A stretch of DNA of 64,000 nucleotides from a virus. Lineage: Duplodnaviria > Caudoviricetes. Both the position numbers and the translations under genes were made by a program. Under the pieces are notes generated by a model. That model made no database searches, had not been told where the DNA came from, and worked only from the letters and a program-made list of their open reading frames with translations. The stretch lies in IMG/VR virus record IMGVR_UViG_3300001525_000272, positions 22,184-86,183 of that record, one strand, 5' to 3'. Shown here piece after piece: positions 18,748 through 27,457 of this stretch. Numbering within the stretch: position 1 is the first letter of the stretch; each line of letters begins with the position of its first letter.

Positions 18748-21192
18748 TTATTGGATGTAAAGATTGAGCATAATCTTTTCAATAACCTTCATAGGCTGAA
18801 GCATTACGTTTACGTGACAAGTCTTAGTCTTGAACTCGTAATCTGTTGCTCCAACTTCAACACTGAAAGACTTGAGACCTCTTTCTGCCTGAACAGATTG
18901 CAAGAAAGGAACAATACCCTGTTTGATTCTATCATGAGTTTCTTGATCATTAAACTCAAAGATATAATACTTACAGAATTGCTCAATTGCTCTCTTACAA
19001 TAAAGAACTGTTCTTACACAGTTAAGATCAGAAAGTGCGGTTGTCTTCTTCTGAGTAGTCAATTGACCCCAAACAGTCATACCTTCAGGGAAGTGAACAA
19101 TTGGGTTAACTTGAGCAAGATACAAACGATCTCTCTCGCCCTTATTAGCACTCCAACGAAGTTCCTTAATTTCAGAACTTATACCTCTATTATAACCAGC
19201 AGCTGCATACCAAACATTATACAATGCATCACTAGTAGGAATAAGCTTTGCCATAGTATAAACTGGTGACATCCAGTTATCACAACCAAGGAACTTATCA
19301 TACACCCTTGTATAAGGTTCATATCTTGCACAATAGAAGGAGTTCCAGATTCTGCAATCTTTCGCGCCCTTTACTGCACCAGTATACTTCTCAACATCCT
19401 CACAATCACTGTTATCACCACAGTCAGAAATGAGAACGCAATCCAATCTGGTTTCTACAAGTTCTTTTGCTGCTTGTTTGACATCTGGTTTATAACCAGC
19501 ATCATAAACAATAGTAAAGTAGATCCAATCAAGATCGAGAACGTCATTGGCGTACTGAATCTTATATGTGACTGTACCAGTTGATTCATCAACTCTTCTC
19601 AATACAACCGGTTTCTTAAGAAGACCAGTATAAGCAAGAGCAAGAGTCTGATTAGCAATCATTGGTTGAGTGACTTTAGTGCCATTCTTGATTGTAACCA
19701 TACCACCCATTGAACCCTTATTGAGATAATAAGGTTGCTCACCAATAGTAATATCATTACTATCAGTAAGAGACATAAGACTCATATTGATAGCAGTTTC
19801 ATACTCTTCTTGAGCAGCATCAACAAGTTCTTGAGCTACAGTACAAAGACCAATTGCTCTATCAATAGCTTCATCTCTACTGAGTTGCTTTGCATCTGAA
19901 TAACCATCAACTTTAATAGGATCTGTTTCATCATCTTCGTCCATATCAACAGCAGCATTATATGCAGCATTGGCTTCAGCCATTGCTTCTTTTGCTACTG
20001 CTTTATCGAAGTATGCATTCCAGATAGCCTTGGCTTTTGTACCAAGTTCATAACCAGCAGGAAGATATTTAATACCTTCTTCATAATCACCACTTGCTGA
20101 TTTCTCTATCAATCTGGTACCAACATAGACACCGGGTTTTTCTCTTATAGTATCAGTTTCATCTTCGCCGATATAATCAGGAATCCAAGAATAACCAGTA
20201 TTTTCATCAATGGTTGGGAATCCTTTATCGATTACATAATCCGGTTGAGATTCTTCAATAGTAGGATCATTCTTATAGAATTCAGCAAGGAACGAATTGT
20301 ATCTTGCCAAAGCATCAGGGTTTACCTGAACCTGAATATTGGTTGAGAATCCATTAATTACATCTTCAATGTAATTACTCTCACCTTCAAGATCAGTTGA
20401 TTCTGGATCAAATGAAATGTTATAGCTTTCAACCATAACCGGAGATCCATCCTGATCTTCATAAAGCTCAAAGTTATAAAGACCAAAATTGGAAGGATTG
20501 CTATCAGCTCTCAGAATGAAACTATAACGATCATAATAATCACCACGACCAAAACCTCTTACATAGAAAAGAACTGATTTATTATAATCACCTTCTTTTT
20601 CCATATAAGCATTACCATCAGTAAGAGCATAAACCTGACCAGACTGAGCAGAAGTGAACATCGCGTCAAGCTTCTGAGTATTAGTCATATCAAGATACTT
20701 CAAACCTTCGGTTGTAGAATCTACAATTGTGGGTTGGAATTTCTTATAGCATGAGAATGTAGTAAGACCAATAGCTGAACCAACCTTGGTATCAACTGCT
20801 TCTGAAGGAGCACTACCCTCATCTACATCACTCGCATTATCAGAACTACTATCAACAGAAGTTGCTGTTAATGGAGCATTTACAAAACATACATAAGTAT
20901 GAGAATAAGTTGCATCATCAGGAAGAGCTCTCATTACAAAGAGATCTGATGAAACAGAAAGATGCTGTAAAGCAACATACGGACCCTGACCATAATATTT
21001 GCCAAAGGTTCTGATATTTGGATCACCAAACTTAGTGCGATATTCTTCAATACTACTGATTCTCGTGAGTACGTTATCAGGACCTTTTTCTGTGATGACT
21101 GGTACAAAACCAATAGTTCCTGAAGTTGAAGTGAGATACTCTGAAAGATCAATGATCTTGGAATATACACCAGGCGAAATTGCACTTGCCAT
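18748..21192 (-). CDS. contractile tail sheath protein
   Basis: N-terminal SPGVYSKIID; C-terminal WYAAAGYNRG, DRLYLAQVNPI, LSDLNCVR and FEFNDQET. Confidence 0.93.
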   Translation of the reverse strand: MASAISPGVYSKIIDLSEYLTSTSGTIGFVPVITEKGPDNVLTRISSIEEYRTKFGDPNIRTFGKYYGQGPYVALQHLSVSSDLFVMRALPDDATYSHTYVCFVNAPLTATSVDSSSDNASDVDEGSAPSEAVDTKVGSAIGLTTFSCYKKFQPTIVDSTTEGLKYLDMTNTQKLDAMFTSAQSGQVYALTDGNAYMEKEGDYNKSVLFYVRGFGRGDYYDRYSFILRADSNPSNFGLYNFELYEDQDGSPVMVESYNISFDPESTDLEGESNYIEDVINGFSTNIQVQVNPDALARYNSFLAEFYKNDPTIEESQPDYVIDKGFPTIDENTGYSWIPDYIGEDETDTIREKPGVYVGTRLIEKSASGDYEEGIKYLPAGYELGTKAKAIWNAYFDKAVAKEAMAEANAAYNAAVDMDEDDETDPIKVDGYSDAKQLSRDEAIDRAIGLCTVAQELVDAAQEEYETAINMSLMSLTDSNDITIGEQPYYLNKGSMGGMVTIKNGTKVTQPMIANQTLALAYTGLLKKPVVLRRVDESTGTVTYKIQYANDVLDLDWIYFTIVYDAGYKPDVKQAAKELVETRLDCVLISDCGDNSDCEDVEKYTGAVKGAKDCRIWNSFYCARYEPYTRVYDKFLGCDNWMSPVYTMAKLIPTSDALYNVWYAAAGYNRGISSEIKELRWSANKGERDRLYLAQVNPIVHFPEGMTVWGQLTTQKKTTALSDLNCVRTVLYCKRAIEQFCKYYIFEFNDQETHDRIKQGIVPFLQSVQAERGLKSFSVEVGATDYEFKTKTCHVNVMLQPMKVIEKIMLNLYIQ

Positions 21193-21265
21193 AGATGTTA
21201 ACCTTCCATATGAACATTATACATTAGTTTACTTACTTAGTATTTAGTTCAATATGATTAAAGAA

Positions 21266-22606
21266 TCAATTGTATGATTGATTCGTTCTAGAAGCAGTTA
21301 TAGTAGCACTCATATAAATTTGATCTGATAAACCACCTTGGCGTTCTCTGTTTAAAACAATAACACTATTTGTAATTAAATAAGTTCCTTCATAATTGGA
21401 ACCTTCATATGTTTCATGTTCTGAATATGGTTTTAGATACATTGTATGACCAACATTCATCAATTCATGAATCTTAATCTGTCTGATCAGATTAATTCTG
21501 ATCTGATTCAATCTCATAAATTCTTTGGACATTCTTCTATTAATTGGATTCATAACCGGAATGATATCATGATTATCAGCATTTTCTACATCAGCATTGT
21601 TGACTCTCATTAAACCCTTCATTGAACTATCAACAATCAATCTATTATTCATCGCCGTATTGATTTTGATATCATCACTTTTAGAAAGTAATCCACGATT
21701 TTTTGATTCTTCTACATAATTAGTATTAATATAGTATGCTATATCAAAAGATGGGTGATAAATGTGAGTTTGTTTGAATCCATTCAAAACACAAGAGTCA
21801 TTACTAGTATTGATTGTTTCTATAGTATCATATGTAACAAAGTGATTCTTGAGTTCTTCTGCATATTCTTGTGGTTTTTTTAATACAGAAGCAGGGGCAA
21901 CATTTGGTAATTTGTGAACAGTAATTTCACCATTTATATTGTTTTCAAAATGTTTAACTATATCCCACATTTCAAATGTTCCATTATACTTCATATATTT
22001 GAACACTTGATTTTCATATATACCGTATTTATCATTAATTTCATCTAATGCTTTATTTAGTGACATTGGCGGTATTATTAATTGATCTATAGTATATCCA
22101 TTCTTATTACAATCTTCTATATTTGTATTTTTAACACCAGTATCTTTTATCAGTGTTGTTGCAGCATCATATGGACATATCCCACTTTCCCATAATCTGT
22201 TAACAGGAGCTGACATTATTTGAAATGATTGTTTACAAATACATGTCGATATAATGGTTCTTCTTTGAACATCTTGATGGTTTGATACGTTATTATATGG
22301 TTTTGGTGTAAGTGGTACATTATTTTCGAGAACAATAAGATCAAAAATTAACGGATCTGACATTAGTTTTCCTTCAACATCAGTATACCATACCATCAAT
22401 GTTATATTTGTATGACCAAAAATATTATCTTGAATGAATTTTTGGTTATCTGATTTATAGAATAATTGAATTACTGGATAACCATTATCAATATCACTAG
22501 TTATTATTACTTTAGAAAGTGTAGCAGTTAGATTAACATCTTTAGATCCATCTTTATAAATTTCAAAAAAACAAAAATTCTGAACTGAGTAATTTGCTAA
22601 TGACAT
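21266..22606 (-). CDS. putative baseplate hub-like structural protein
   Basis: Upstream of the sheath gene; beta-rich; C-terminal YEGTYLITNSVIVL resembles hub proteins. ATG 22606 preferred over TTG 22636. Confidence 0.4.
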   Translation of the reverse strand: MSLANYSVQNFCFFEIYKDGSKDVNLTATLSKVIITSDIDNGYPVIQLFYKSDNQKFIQDNIFGHTNITLMVWYTDVEGKLMSDPLIFDLIVLENNVPLTPKPYNNVSNHQDVQRRTIISTCICKQSFQIMSAPVNRLWESGICPYDAATTLIKDTGVKNTNIEDCNKNGYTIDQLIIPPMSLNKALDEINDKYGIYENQVFKYMKYNGTFEMWDIVKHFENNINGEITVHKLPNVAPASVLKKPQEYAEELKNHFVTYDTIETINTSNDSCVLNGFKQTHIYHPSFDIAYYINTNYVEESKNRGLLSKSDDIKINTAMNNRLIVDSSMKGLMRVNNADVENADNHDIIPVMNPINRRMSKEFMRLNQIRINLIRQIKIHELMNVGHTMYLKPYSEHETYEGSNYEGTYLITNSVIVLNRERQGGLSDQIYMSATITASRTNQSYN

Positions 22607-22646
22607 ATCAAAAATTAAATAGTAATAACCAATCAAATTAATAATT

Positions 22647-22668
22647 TAGTTCCCATATATCAAAAATT
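22647..22668 (-). promoter_or_regulatory. candidate phage late-promoter motif (second copy)
   Basis: Exact 12-mer GTTCCCATATAT (22649-22660) shared with 16613-16624. Confidence 0.45.
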
Positions 22669-22679
22669 CTGTTGAAAAA

Positions 22680-22717
22680 AATAAGAGTTGGGTGTTTCTC
22701 TAAACCCAACTCTTATT
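22680..22717 (-). terminator. terminator-like hairpin separating the replication region from the tail module
   Basis: 14-bp stem aataagagttgggt/acccaactcttatt with a 10-nt loop. Confidence 0.7.
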
Positions 22718-22736
22718 AAAAAGTAACCAATTCTTC

Positions 22737-23330
22737 TTACTTTTTACTCTGGAGGAATGATACATACTGAGCAACTTCATCCTTTAAATTAAGAGGAACA
22801 GATATATTGCACTTATTCTTCTTATCTTTATCCTCTGTTTCTTTCTTACTCTTCTTGACTTTTTTGGTCAATTCAATTTCTATATACTTTTTAATATCTT
22901 TGAAATAATCAGAAAAGATTTCATCAATCTCTTTCTTCTTACTTTCAAAGTATTTTTCACACAATGATGTTATAATATCTTTTGCTATATTTTCAAGAAA
23001 CTTTTTAGATTCTGAAGATAAACTCAATCTTTGTTCATTCACTATTTTGACTACTTCATCTGATGTAACAGTTTGAACCATATCAAAGATCTTATCTTTA
23101 ACTTCATTAATGAGTTCTGTTTGACTTATTGCTGCTTTAGTCAAACCATCACTAATGTTCTTAATAATTACTCTATTATCAGGATTCTTAGTAGTAAGAA
23201 TTTCATTAATAATGGGTATAAATGCAATCGGATTCTTACCCATTTCCTCAATGATACATCTAACTACAAGATTATCTATTTTAGCTTCTTGTTTCTTATT
23301 ACCGATTGTTTTCATTTTATCTAACTCCAA
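22737..23330 (-). CDS. hypothetical coiled-coil protein
   Basis: 197-aa K/E-rich ORF overlapping the helicase stop. Confidence 0.6.
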   Translation of the reverse strand: MELDKMKTIGNKKQEAKIDNLVVRCIIEEMGKNPIAFIPIINEILTTKNPDNRVIIKNISDGLTKAAISQTELINEVKDKIFDMVQTVTSDEVVKIVNEQRLSLSSESKKFLENIAKDIITSLCEKYFESKKKEIDEIFSDYFKDIKKYIEIELTKKVKKSKKETEDKDKKNKCNISVPLNLKDEVAQYVSFLQSKK

Positions 23331-24597
23331 CTAATAATAATTTATCCTTTGCTCTGGTGATTGCTGTATAATACCATCTACGCCACATATCACCTTCTGC
23401 CCAGTATTTGGATTTTTCTTCTAATACGACTACATTACTCCATTCACTACCTTGTGATTTGTGAACAGTAATAGCATAACCGTAATCGAAATTATCCAAA
23501 TAAACCTTTTGATTACTATCCTTAATAATAGATCCTACAGCAAAGTAATCTCCAACACCCTTTGCTTTTCTTAACATCTTAAGATCTTTATAAATAATGA
23601 ACTCTCCGAAATCTGGTTTTTCTTTATTAAATCCAGATTTAGATACAACCCCTTTATAGGGATATGTATAATCAGAAAACTTAATAGATACATCATATGC
23701 ATTTGAATATACTGTCTTTTTGATTACTTCTCCAATCATTCCATTATAGACAGCACATCCAACAGCTCTTGGATTATTCTTTAAGCAAACAACTTTATCA
23801 CCCAAAAGAAGATCATCATCAATTGCACCAAGAGATTTTCTAATCTTCTTATTCATATCTATACGAGTTTTATTAAACCCACATAATACAACAGAATCAT
23901 CAAATCTTCCGCATCTTTGTTTAATGAATTGTTTTACTAATGGATCTTTTGGAGTAACTCTAAATACTTGATCATTATAATTACCAAATTTGATATAACC
24001 ATCAATTCTCGCCATCATAGATGCTTTGATTAAACCATCATTTTCAGCAAATCTATGAAGTGTTTCCAATTTAATTTGAGGATTTTCCATCAAATTAAAA
24101 CCGGTAGAATCAACTGGAGGCAATTGACCATGATCGCCAACAGCAATAATCGGTATACCATAATTAGAAAGATCTTCAAACATCTTTCTAGATACCATAG
24201 ATGCTTCATCTATAATAAGTAAACTATATTCACCAATCTTTTTTCTTCTTACCCAATCAGTGATTTCACCATTCTCATCCAGTACTGGTTCATATATTAA
24301 AGAATGAATTGTACCAATAAAATCATTTTCGATTATATCACTTCGTACATTCTTTTTAAGTTTTACTGACATTACAGATGCTGCTTTACCAGTAAATGCA
24401 CAAAATGCAATCCTCAATGATGGATATTGATCAGCAAGAATATTTCTAAAGATGGTTACGATAGTAGTTTTACCACAACCAGCGTAACCACCCAAAGTTA
24501 TCAACTGCTGTCTATTTGAACTTTTCCACCAATCATTTAAAGCATCCAATGCTTTTTCCTGATCGGTGGAAAGATCAAGTTCGTTCTTATTCAGCAT
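23317..24597 (-). CDS. RecD/Dda-like SF1B helicase
   Basis: GYAGCGKTT, IIDEASMV, VGDHGQLPPV, YGYAITVHKSQGSEW, YTAITRAK. Confidence 0.92.
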   Translation of the reverse strand: MLNKNELDLSTDQEKALDALNDWWKSSNRQQLITLGGYAGCGKTTIVTIFRNILADQYPSLRIAFCAFTGKAASVMSVKLKKNVRSDIIENDFIGTIHSLIYEPVLDENGEITDWVRRKKIGEYSLLIIDEASMVSRKMFEDLSNYGIPIIAVGDHGQLPPVDSTGFNLMENPQIKLETLHRFAENDGLIKASMMARIDGYIKFGNYNDQVFRVTPKDPLVKQFIKQRCGRFDDSVVLCGFNKTRIDMNKKIRKSLGAIDDDLLLGDKVVCLKNNPRAVGCAVYNGMIGEVIKKTVYSNAYDVSIKFSDYTYPYKGVVSKSGFNKEKPDFGEFIIYKDLKMLRKAKGVGDYFAVGSIIKDSNQKVYLDNFDYGYAITVHKSQGSEWSNVVVLEEKSKYWAEGDMWRRWYYTAITRAKDKLLLVGVR

Positions 24598-24599
24598 AA

Positions 24600-24821
24600 T
24601 TAGTTATAGATATAATGAACCACAAAAGAAAGAAATGGTTTTTCACAATTTAATTTCGATAAAGCAATAACTTCATCATAATGATCATCTAACCAATTCT
24701 TTGTTTTATTTTGCATAAAATGAGCAATTTCAGAATCACTTCCATCAGTTTCCCTTTGAAGTTTTCTGTATTCCTTGACTGCTTCTGCAAAACGATTAAT
24801 GAACTTTAAAGTTTCGCTCAT
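24600..24821 (-). CDS. hypothetical protein
   Basis: 73-aa ORF with AAAGGA RBS, tightly packed in the operon. Confidence 0.6.
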   Translation of the reverse strand: MSETLKFINRFAEAVKEYRKLQRETDGSDSEIAHFMQNKTKNWLDDHYDEVIALSKLNCEKPFLSFVVHYIYN

Positions 24822-24836
24822 TTTGTAATTATTCCT

Positions 24837-25289
24837 TTAGTTTTTCAAATACTCATCATCAAGACTTTTGATTGATTCATAAGGAAGAGAACTATCTTCA
24901 TCTTCTTTTACAACAAAACCGTGACTTTCAAGCCAATGACCAAATTGATAAAAACCACTCATATCATCATAATCATTACCGACATCAACAATGATTTCCG
25001 GCTTTGACATATCTATGATTTTAGATAACAATTCCGGTTCAGGATGATTTAAGTAATCACGGAAATTAATTTCAATAGTGTTTACTTTATAAGAATCCTT
25101 ACACCAAGAATAGTTCTTAAACAACTCTTCGAATTCTTTCTTGGAATTTTCATCTTTGGCTGTAAAGCTAACTTTATTAGTAAGACGAAATGCTTTAATC
25201 AATTCTTTGAGTGTATTAAAACGACCGGTTATATCAACGATAAAACTAGAACTGCTAGAATTACTTACAAAATCACTTCTAATCTTCAT
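24837..25289 (-). CDS. MKIRxDFVSNSSSSSF-leader family protein
   Basis: N-terminus MKIRSDFVSNSSSSSFIV. Confidence 0.85.
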   Translation of the reverse strand: MKIRSDFVSNSSSSSFIVDITGRFNTLKELIKAFRLTNKVSFTAKDENSKKEFEELFKNYSWCKDSYKVNTIEINFRDYLNHPEPELLSKIIDMSKPEIIVDVGNDYDDMSGFYQFGHWLESHGFVVKEDEDSSLPYESIKSLDDEYLKN

Positions 25290-25307
25290 TATTTTATCAA
25301 CCTTTCT

Positions 25308-25790
25308 TTAATTATTATCATTTCCACCCTCAATATAAGAATCAGTATTGGATAGAAAACGAAGAAGAGTATCTTCATTAGTAAACATGTCAATATTCTG
25401 TCCTTCTGAAGAAGCAGATTGATGATCTATATACATATAACTGGGTAGATCTTTATATTTCTTTTCTGAATCATAATAGATTGGATCAACCATTCTAATA
25501 TTAAGTTTGTAGTTATCCTTAACTACTTTCTTAAGCATATCAAACCATTCATCACAATGTTCATCTGAATAGAAACATTGCATGGCACAGAAATTGAGTT
25601 TACTAAAGAAATCGCTAGTAATCTCTTCTTCCCATCCAAATTGATATTTACCATGTTCCACGTTTGGAACAATGAATTCATCCAAATCATCATTGAGTTT
25701 GGAAAGATCTTCTGTATTTCCAACCGTATCAGCAATAACAATAAAAGAAGAACTTGAACTATTACTTACGAAGTCGTTTCTAATTTTCAT
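25308..25790 (-). CDS. MKIRxDFVSNSSSSSF-leader family protein
   Basis: N-terminus MKIRNDFVSNSSSSSFIV; C-terminal YIDHQS and YIEGGNDN. Confidence 0.85.
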   Translation of the reverse strand: MKIRNDFVSNSSSSSFIVIADTVGNTEDLSKLNDDLDEFIVPNVEHGKYQFGWEEEITSDFFSKLNFCAMQCFYSDEHCDEWFDMLKKVVKDNYKLNIRMVDPIYYDSEKKYKDLPSYMYIDHQSASSEGQNIDMFTNEDTLLRFLSNTDSYIEGGNDNN

Positions 25791-26283
25791 TGTTTGTAAT
25801 CTCCTCGTTCATTTTAAACCAATCCAAATGGCTAGTTATTGTTTCATATGCAAAACCCTTATATTCAAGTAAAGTCAAAATCTGACTTATTCTGCTTAAT
25901 GGGAATGAATCCCATGTTTCCATAAGTTCGATTATAACATTATTACAATTTGCAACCAATGCTATTATATCATCATTAAATGGTTCTTTGAGTACTTCGC
26001 CATTGATAAGAATACAATACATTTGTTTACCATTCCAATTATAATCATAATGTTTATCTATCCATGATACATGATCAGTAAGATAATTTTTAATCTGATG
26101 ATTATTTATCAAGTAATTATATGCAATATCTCTAGTTTCTCGATCATACCAACAAAAGATGATATGGTGAAGATCACTAATGATTTTTCTAAACTCAACA
26201 AAGAAATCAACTAAACCTTTTTGTTTAGATATAATAAAACTAGAACTACTTGAATTTGAAACAAAGTCGTTTCTGATTTTCAT
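25780..26283 (-). CDS. MKIRxDFVSNSSSSSF-leader family protein
   Basis: N-terminus MKIRNDFVSNSSSSSFII. Confidence 0.85.
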   Translation of the reverse strand: MKIRNDFVSNSSSSSFIISKQKGLVDFFVEFRKIISDLHHIIFCWYDRETRDIAYNYLINNHQIKNYLTDHVSWIDKHYDYNWNGKQMYCILINGEVLKEPFNDDIIALVANCNNVIIELMETWDSFPLSRISQILTLLEYKGFAYETITSHLDWFKMNEEITNNEN

Positions 26284-26287
26284 AATT

Positions 26288-27025
26288 TTACCAAGGTTCT
26301 GTATTTAGCATTTCTACATTAAGACCATCAAAAACACCATGTTCTTCAGCTCTAAATCTATCTTCATCACAACCATCACCATCATAGTTCACATGAATTA
26401 CATAGATCTTTTCTTTCTTATTAAGAATTCTATCTTTAATATTTTCAAATGTTAATTTATTATTATCAAATATAGAAAATTGTTTACCCAATTTCATGAG
26501 TTTTTCTGTAATGGCAACACTATCTTCGTTAATTATATAACTACACGAATAACCACCATCTATCTTATCATATGTAAAATTATCTCTATTTTTGATATAC
26601 TTGATAAGTTCATCACCTTCAAGTTCCATAATCTTTTTCATATGATCTTTTGTTACAATACGTGAATCATAACTTGGTTCTTGAACCCTAATGATTGTAT
26701 GTTCATCATTCAAATATTTAATTTTTAATTGATCTTCAGTATTAGTACTACTATCAATTTGTTGTTTACACCACTCAAACATATATACATCATCTGGATT
26801 ATTTTTATCATAATCAGTAACAATATCATCAAGTCTAATATAACCAGCAAACAAAGAGACATAATTGTTTAAAATTTTAGTCATCTTTGTTTTATTATCC
26901 CAATAATCACATTTACATTTATCACTAATATCACTAATCAAATCATTAGTGGCATAATTACTATTAGTAGAAATTAAGAAAGATGAACTACTTGAATTTG
27001 AAACAAAGTCGGATCTAATTTTCAT
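26288..27025 (-). CDS. MKIRxDFVSNSSSSSF-leader family protein
   Basis: N-terminus MKIRSDFVSNSSSSSFLI. Confidence 0.85.
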   Translation of the reverse strand: MKIRSDFVSNSSSSSFLISTNSNYATNDLISDISDKCKCDYWDNKTKMTKILNNYVSLFAGYIRLDDIVTDYDKNNPDDVYMFEWCKQQIDSSTNTEDQLKIKYLNDEHTIIRVQEPSYDSRIVTKDHMKKIMELEGDELIKYIKNRDNFTYDKIDGGYSCSYIINEDSVAITEKLMKLGKQFSIFDNNKLTFENIKDRILNKKEKIYVIHVNYDGDGCDEDRFRAEEHGVFDGLNVEMLNTEPW

Positions 27026-27043
27026 AACTATTTTCTATTCCTT

Positions 27044-27451
27044 TTAAATCGGACAATTTGTATTAATCCACATTCTGTTAAAAATTATGTTTTTAATACC
27101 CAGAATCTGCCATGTATCAGCAAGTTCATGCATATCTTCTTCTGGTGTCTTTCTTAACATTAATCTAAAATAAGTATTTACCAAATCATTAGATGTTGGC
27201 AATTTGAATTGGACATAGTATTTATTATTAGTTATTGTATAATAGATATTAGATAATTCATCAGCGGGAACCTCTATAGATTCAGGTCCATCATTTATAT
27301 ATTTATCATCTTTACAATAACTGATAACAAGAACATTATCAGATCTGTAATAAACATCAATAATCAAACAATTCACAAAAATGACATTTTTATCAAGATC
27401 AATTATTTTTTGAATTTTAGATTTGATTTTGTCAATGTTTGATTTCTTCAT
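27044..27451 (-). CDS. hypothetical protein
   Basis: 135-aa ORF between queC and the leader-family cluster. Confidence 0.6.
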   Translation of the reverse strand: MKKSNIDKIKSKIQKIIDLDKNVIFVNCLIIDVYYRSDNVLVISYCKDDKYINDGPESIEVPADELSNIYYTITNNKYYVQFKLPTSNDLVNTYFRLMLRKTPEEDMHELADTWQILGIKNIIFNRMWINTNCPI

Positions 27452-27457
27452 TGTCTT

